Shown piece after piece: positions 63,188-64,000 of a stretch of DNA of 64,000 nt (position 1 is its first letter; each line of letters starts with the position of its first letter). The stretch is taken from NCBI GenBank assembly GCA_040954595.2, contig CM082578.2, positions 1,036,831-1,100,830 of the forward strand, written 5' to 3'. The stretch comes from Balanoglossus misakiensis. Taxonomy: Eukaryota; Animalia; Hemichordata. The translations under genes were made by a program, and so were the position numbers. The notes beneath the pieces were generated by a model, which was not told where the DNA came from, searched no databases, and worked only from the letters and a program-made list of their open reading frames with translations.

Positions 63188-63581
63188 AAGGCTCCTTAGA
63201 CAAACCTGTTGCGTCTGCGGTCCAGATCCGTACCAGAGCTTTTCGCCGAAATTCGATTTTATCGGGAGAATATCCTTTCCCTGTCTACTAACCGGTTATA
63301 ACCGACTCCACGATTGACTTCTTCTAACATCCGAACCGCTCGCTTTCTGAAACTTTTGTGTTTACCCATTGAGATAACCTCACCGTATTCAATATGGCGA
63401 TCTCAACAGGTAAACACAAGAGAAAATCAGAAAGCGAGCGGCTCAGAAGTTAATTACATCATATTTGGAGTCATTTGTGGGTAGACGGGGGGAAGATTCC
63501 CCCCGATAAAATCGAATCTCGGCCGAAAAGCTGCTGTCTGGATCCGGATCTCAGACGAATCAGTTTTGTCCATGGAGCCTT
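63188..63581. mobile_element. Palindromic MITE-like element
   Basis: aaggctccttagacaaa / tttgtccatggagcctt; agcttttcgccgaaattcgattttatcggg / cccgataaaatcgaatctcggccgaaaagct; ccgctcgctttctga / tcagaaagcgagcgg. Confidence 0.75.
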
Positions 63582-63643
63582 GCAGAGATGTGGTGGAAGC
63601 CATATATTAAACGCCGGGAGAACGCAGACCTGTACGGGGGACT

Positions 63644-63861
63644 ACCATGACCCTGTCAGTGCTTGGAGATATCAAGGCTCTCACATTCCCTGAGTGTCTG
63701 GAAATTTCCGACCACTGACCCTTGTCAGTGCTTGGAAATTTCCAGGCTCTCACATTCCCCGAGTGTCTGGAAATTTCCGACCACTGACCCTTGTCAGTGC
63801 TTGGAAATTTCTAAGCTCTCACATTCCCTGAGTGTCTGGAAATTTCCGACCACTGACCCTT
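63644..63861. repeat. 69-bp minisatellite x ~3
   Basis: ccactgaccc at 63712, 63781, 63850. Confidence 0.9.
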
Positions 63862-64000
63862 CTGGAGTGACTAGCAATTTTTGCAAATTGTACTATTAAT
63901 TGAATTCATAATTTAATAATTAGTTTTTTTCAATGAAATATTCAAATCCATACAACCCAAAGATGGCTCCTTCATTATTTCTATGGAAATTTCACAGTTT

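Noticed and set aside
63663-63899. Repeat protein ORF
   Set aside because: By-product of the 69-bp minisatellite with no supporting gene structure

Overview
AT-rich, intron-containing animal DNA (probably a marine invertebrate, not verifiable here) made almost entirely of mobile elements. It holds two intact, convergently oriented Helentron/Helitron2 (HLE2) ORFs with OTU protease, Zn finger, HUH Rep, Pif1 helicase and APE endonuclease domains (800-7921 +; 19355-26632 -). A 208-bp satellite (~26.9-32.5 kb) lies in the 5' intron of the second ORF. A six-exon, 289-aa tandem OB-fold (RPA/SSB-like) gene missed by the ORF track lies at 38406-42131 (+). There are two nests of non-autonomous Helentrons (13.8-16.9 kb -, 49.5-57.9 kb +) that insert just behind each other's 5' hairpin, a fully base-paired but atypical tRNA-like element (48405-48478 -), several MITEs, and a decayed DIRS1-like retrotransposon (57.9-62.6 kb -). 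The main inference is that RepHel-1, the SSB gene, the tRNA-like RNA and the terminus at ~49456 belong to one giant (>49 kb) Helentron. That element would be the innermost layer of a nest inserted into the DIRS, with its 5' end and three other 5' ends lying left of the window.
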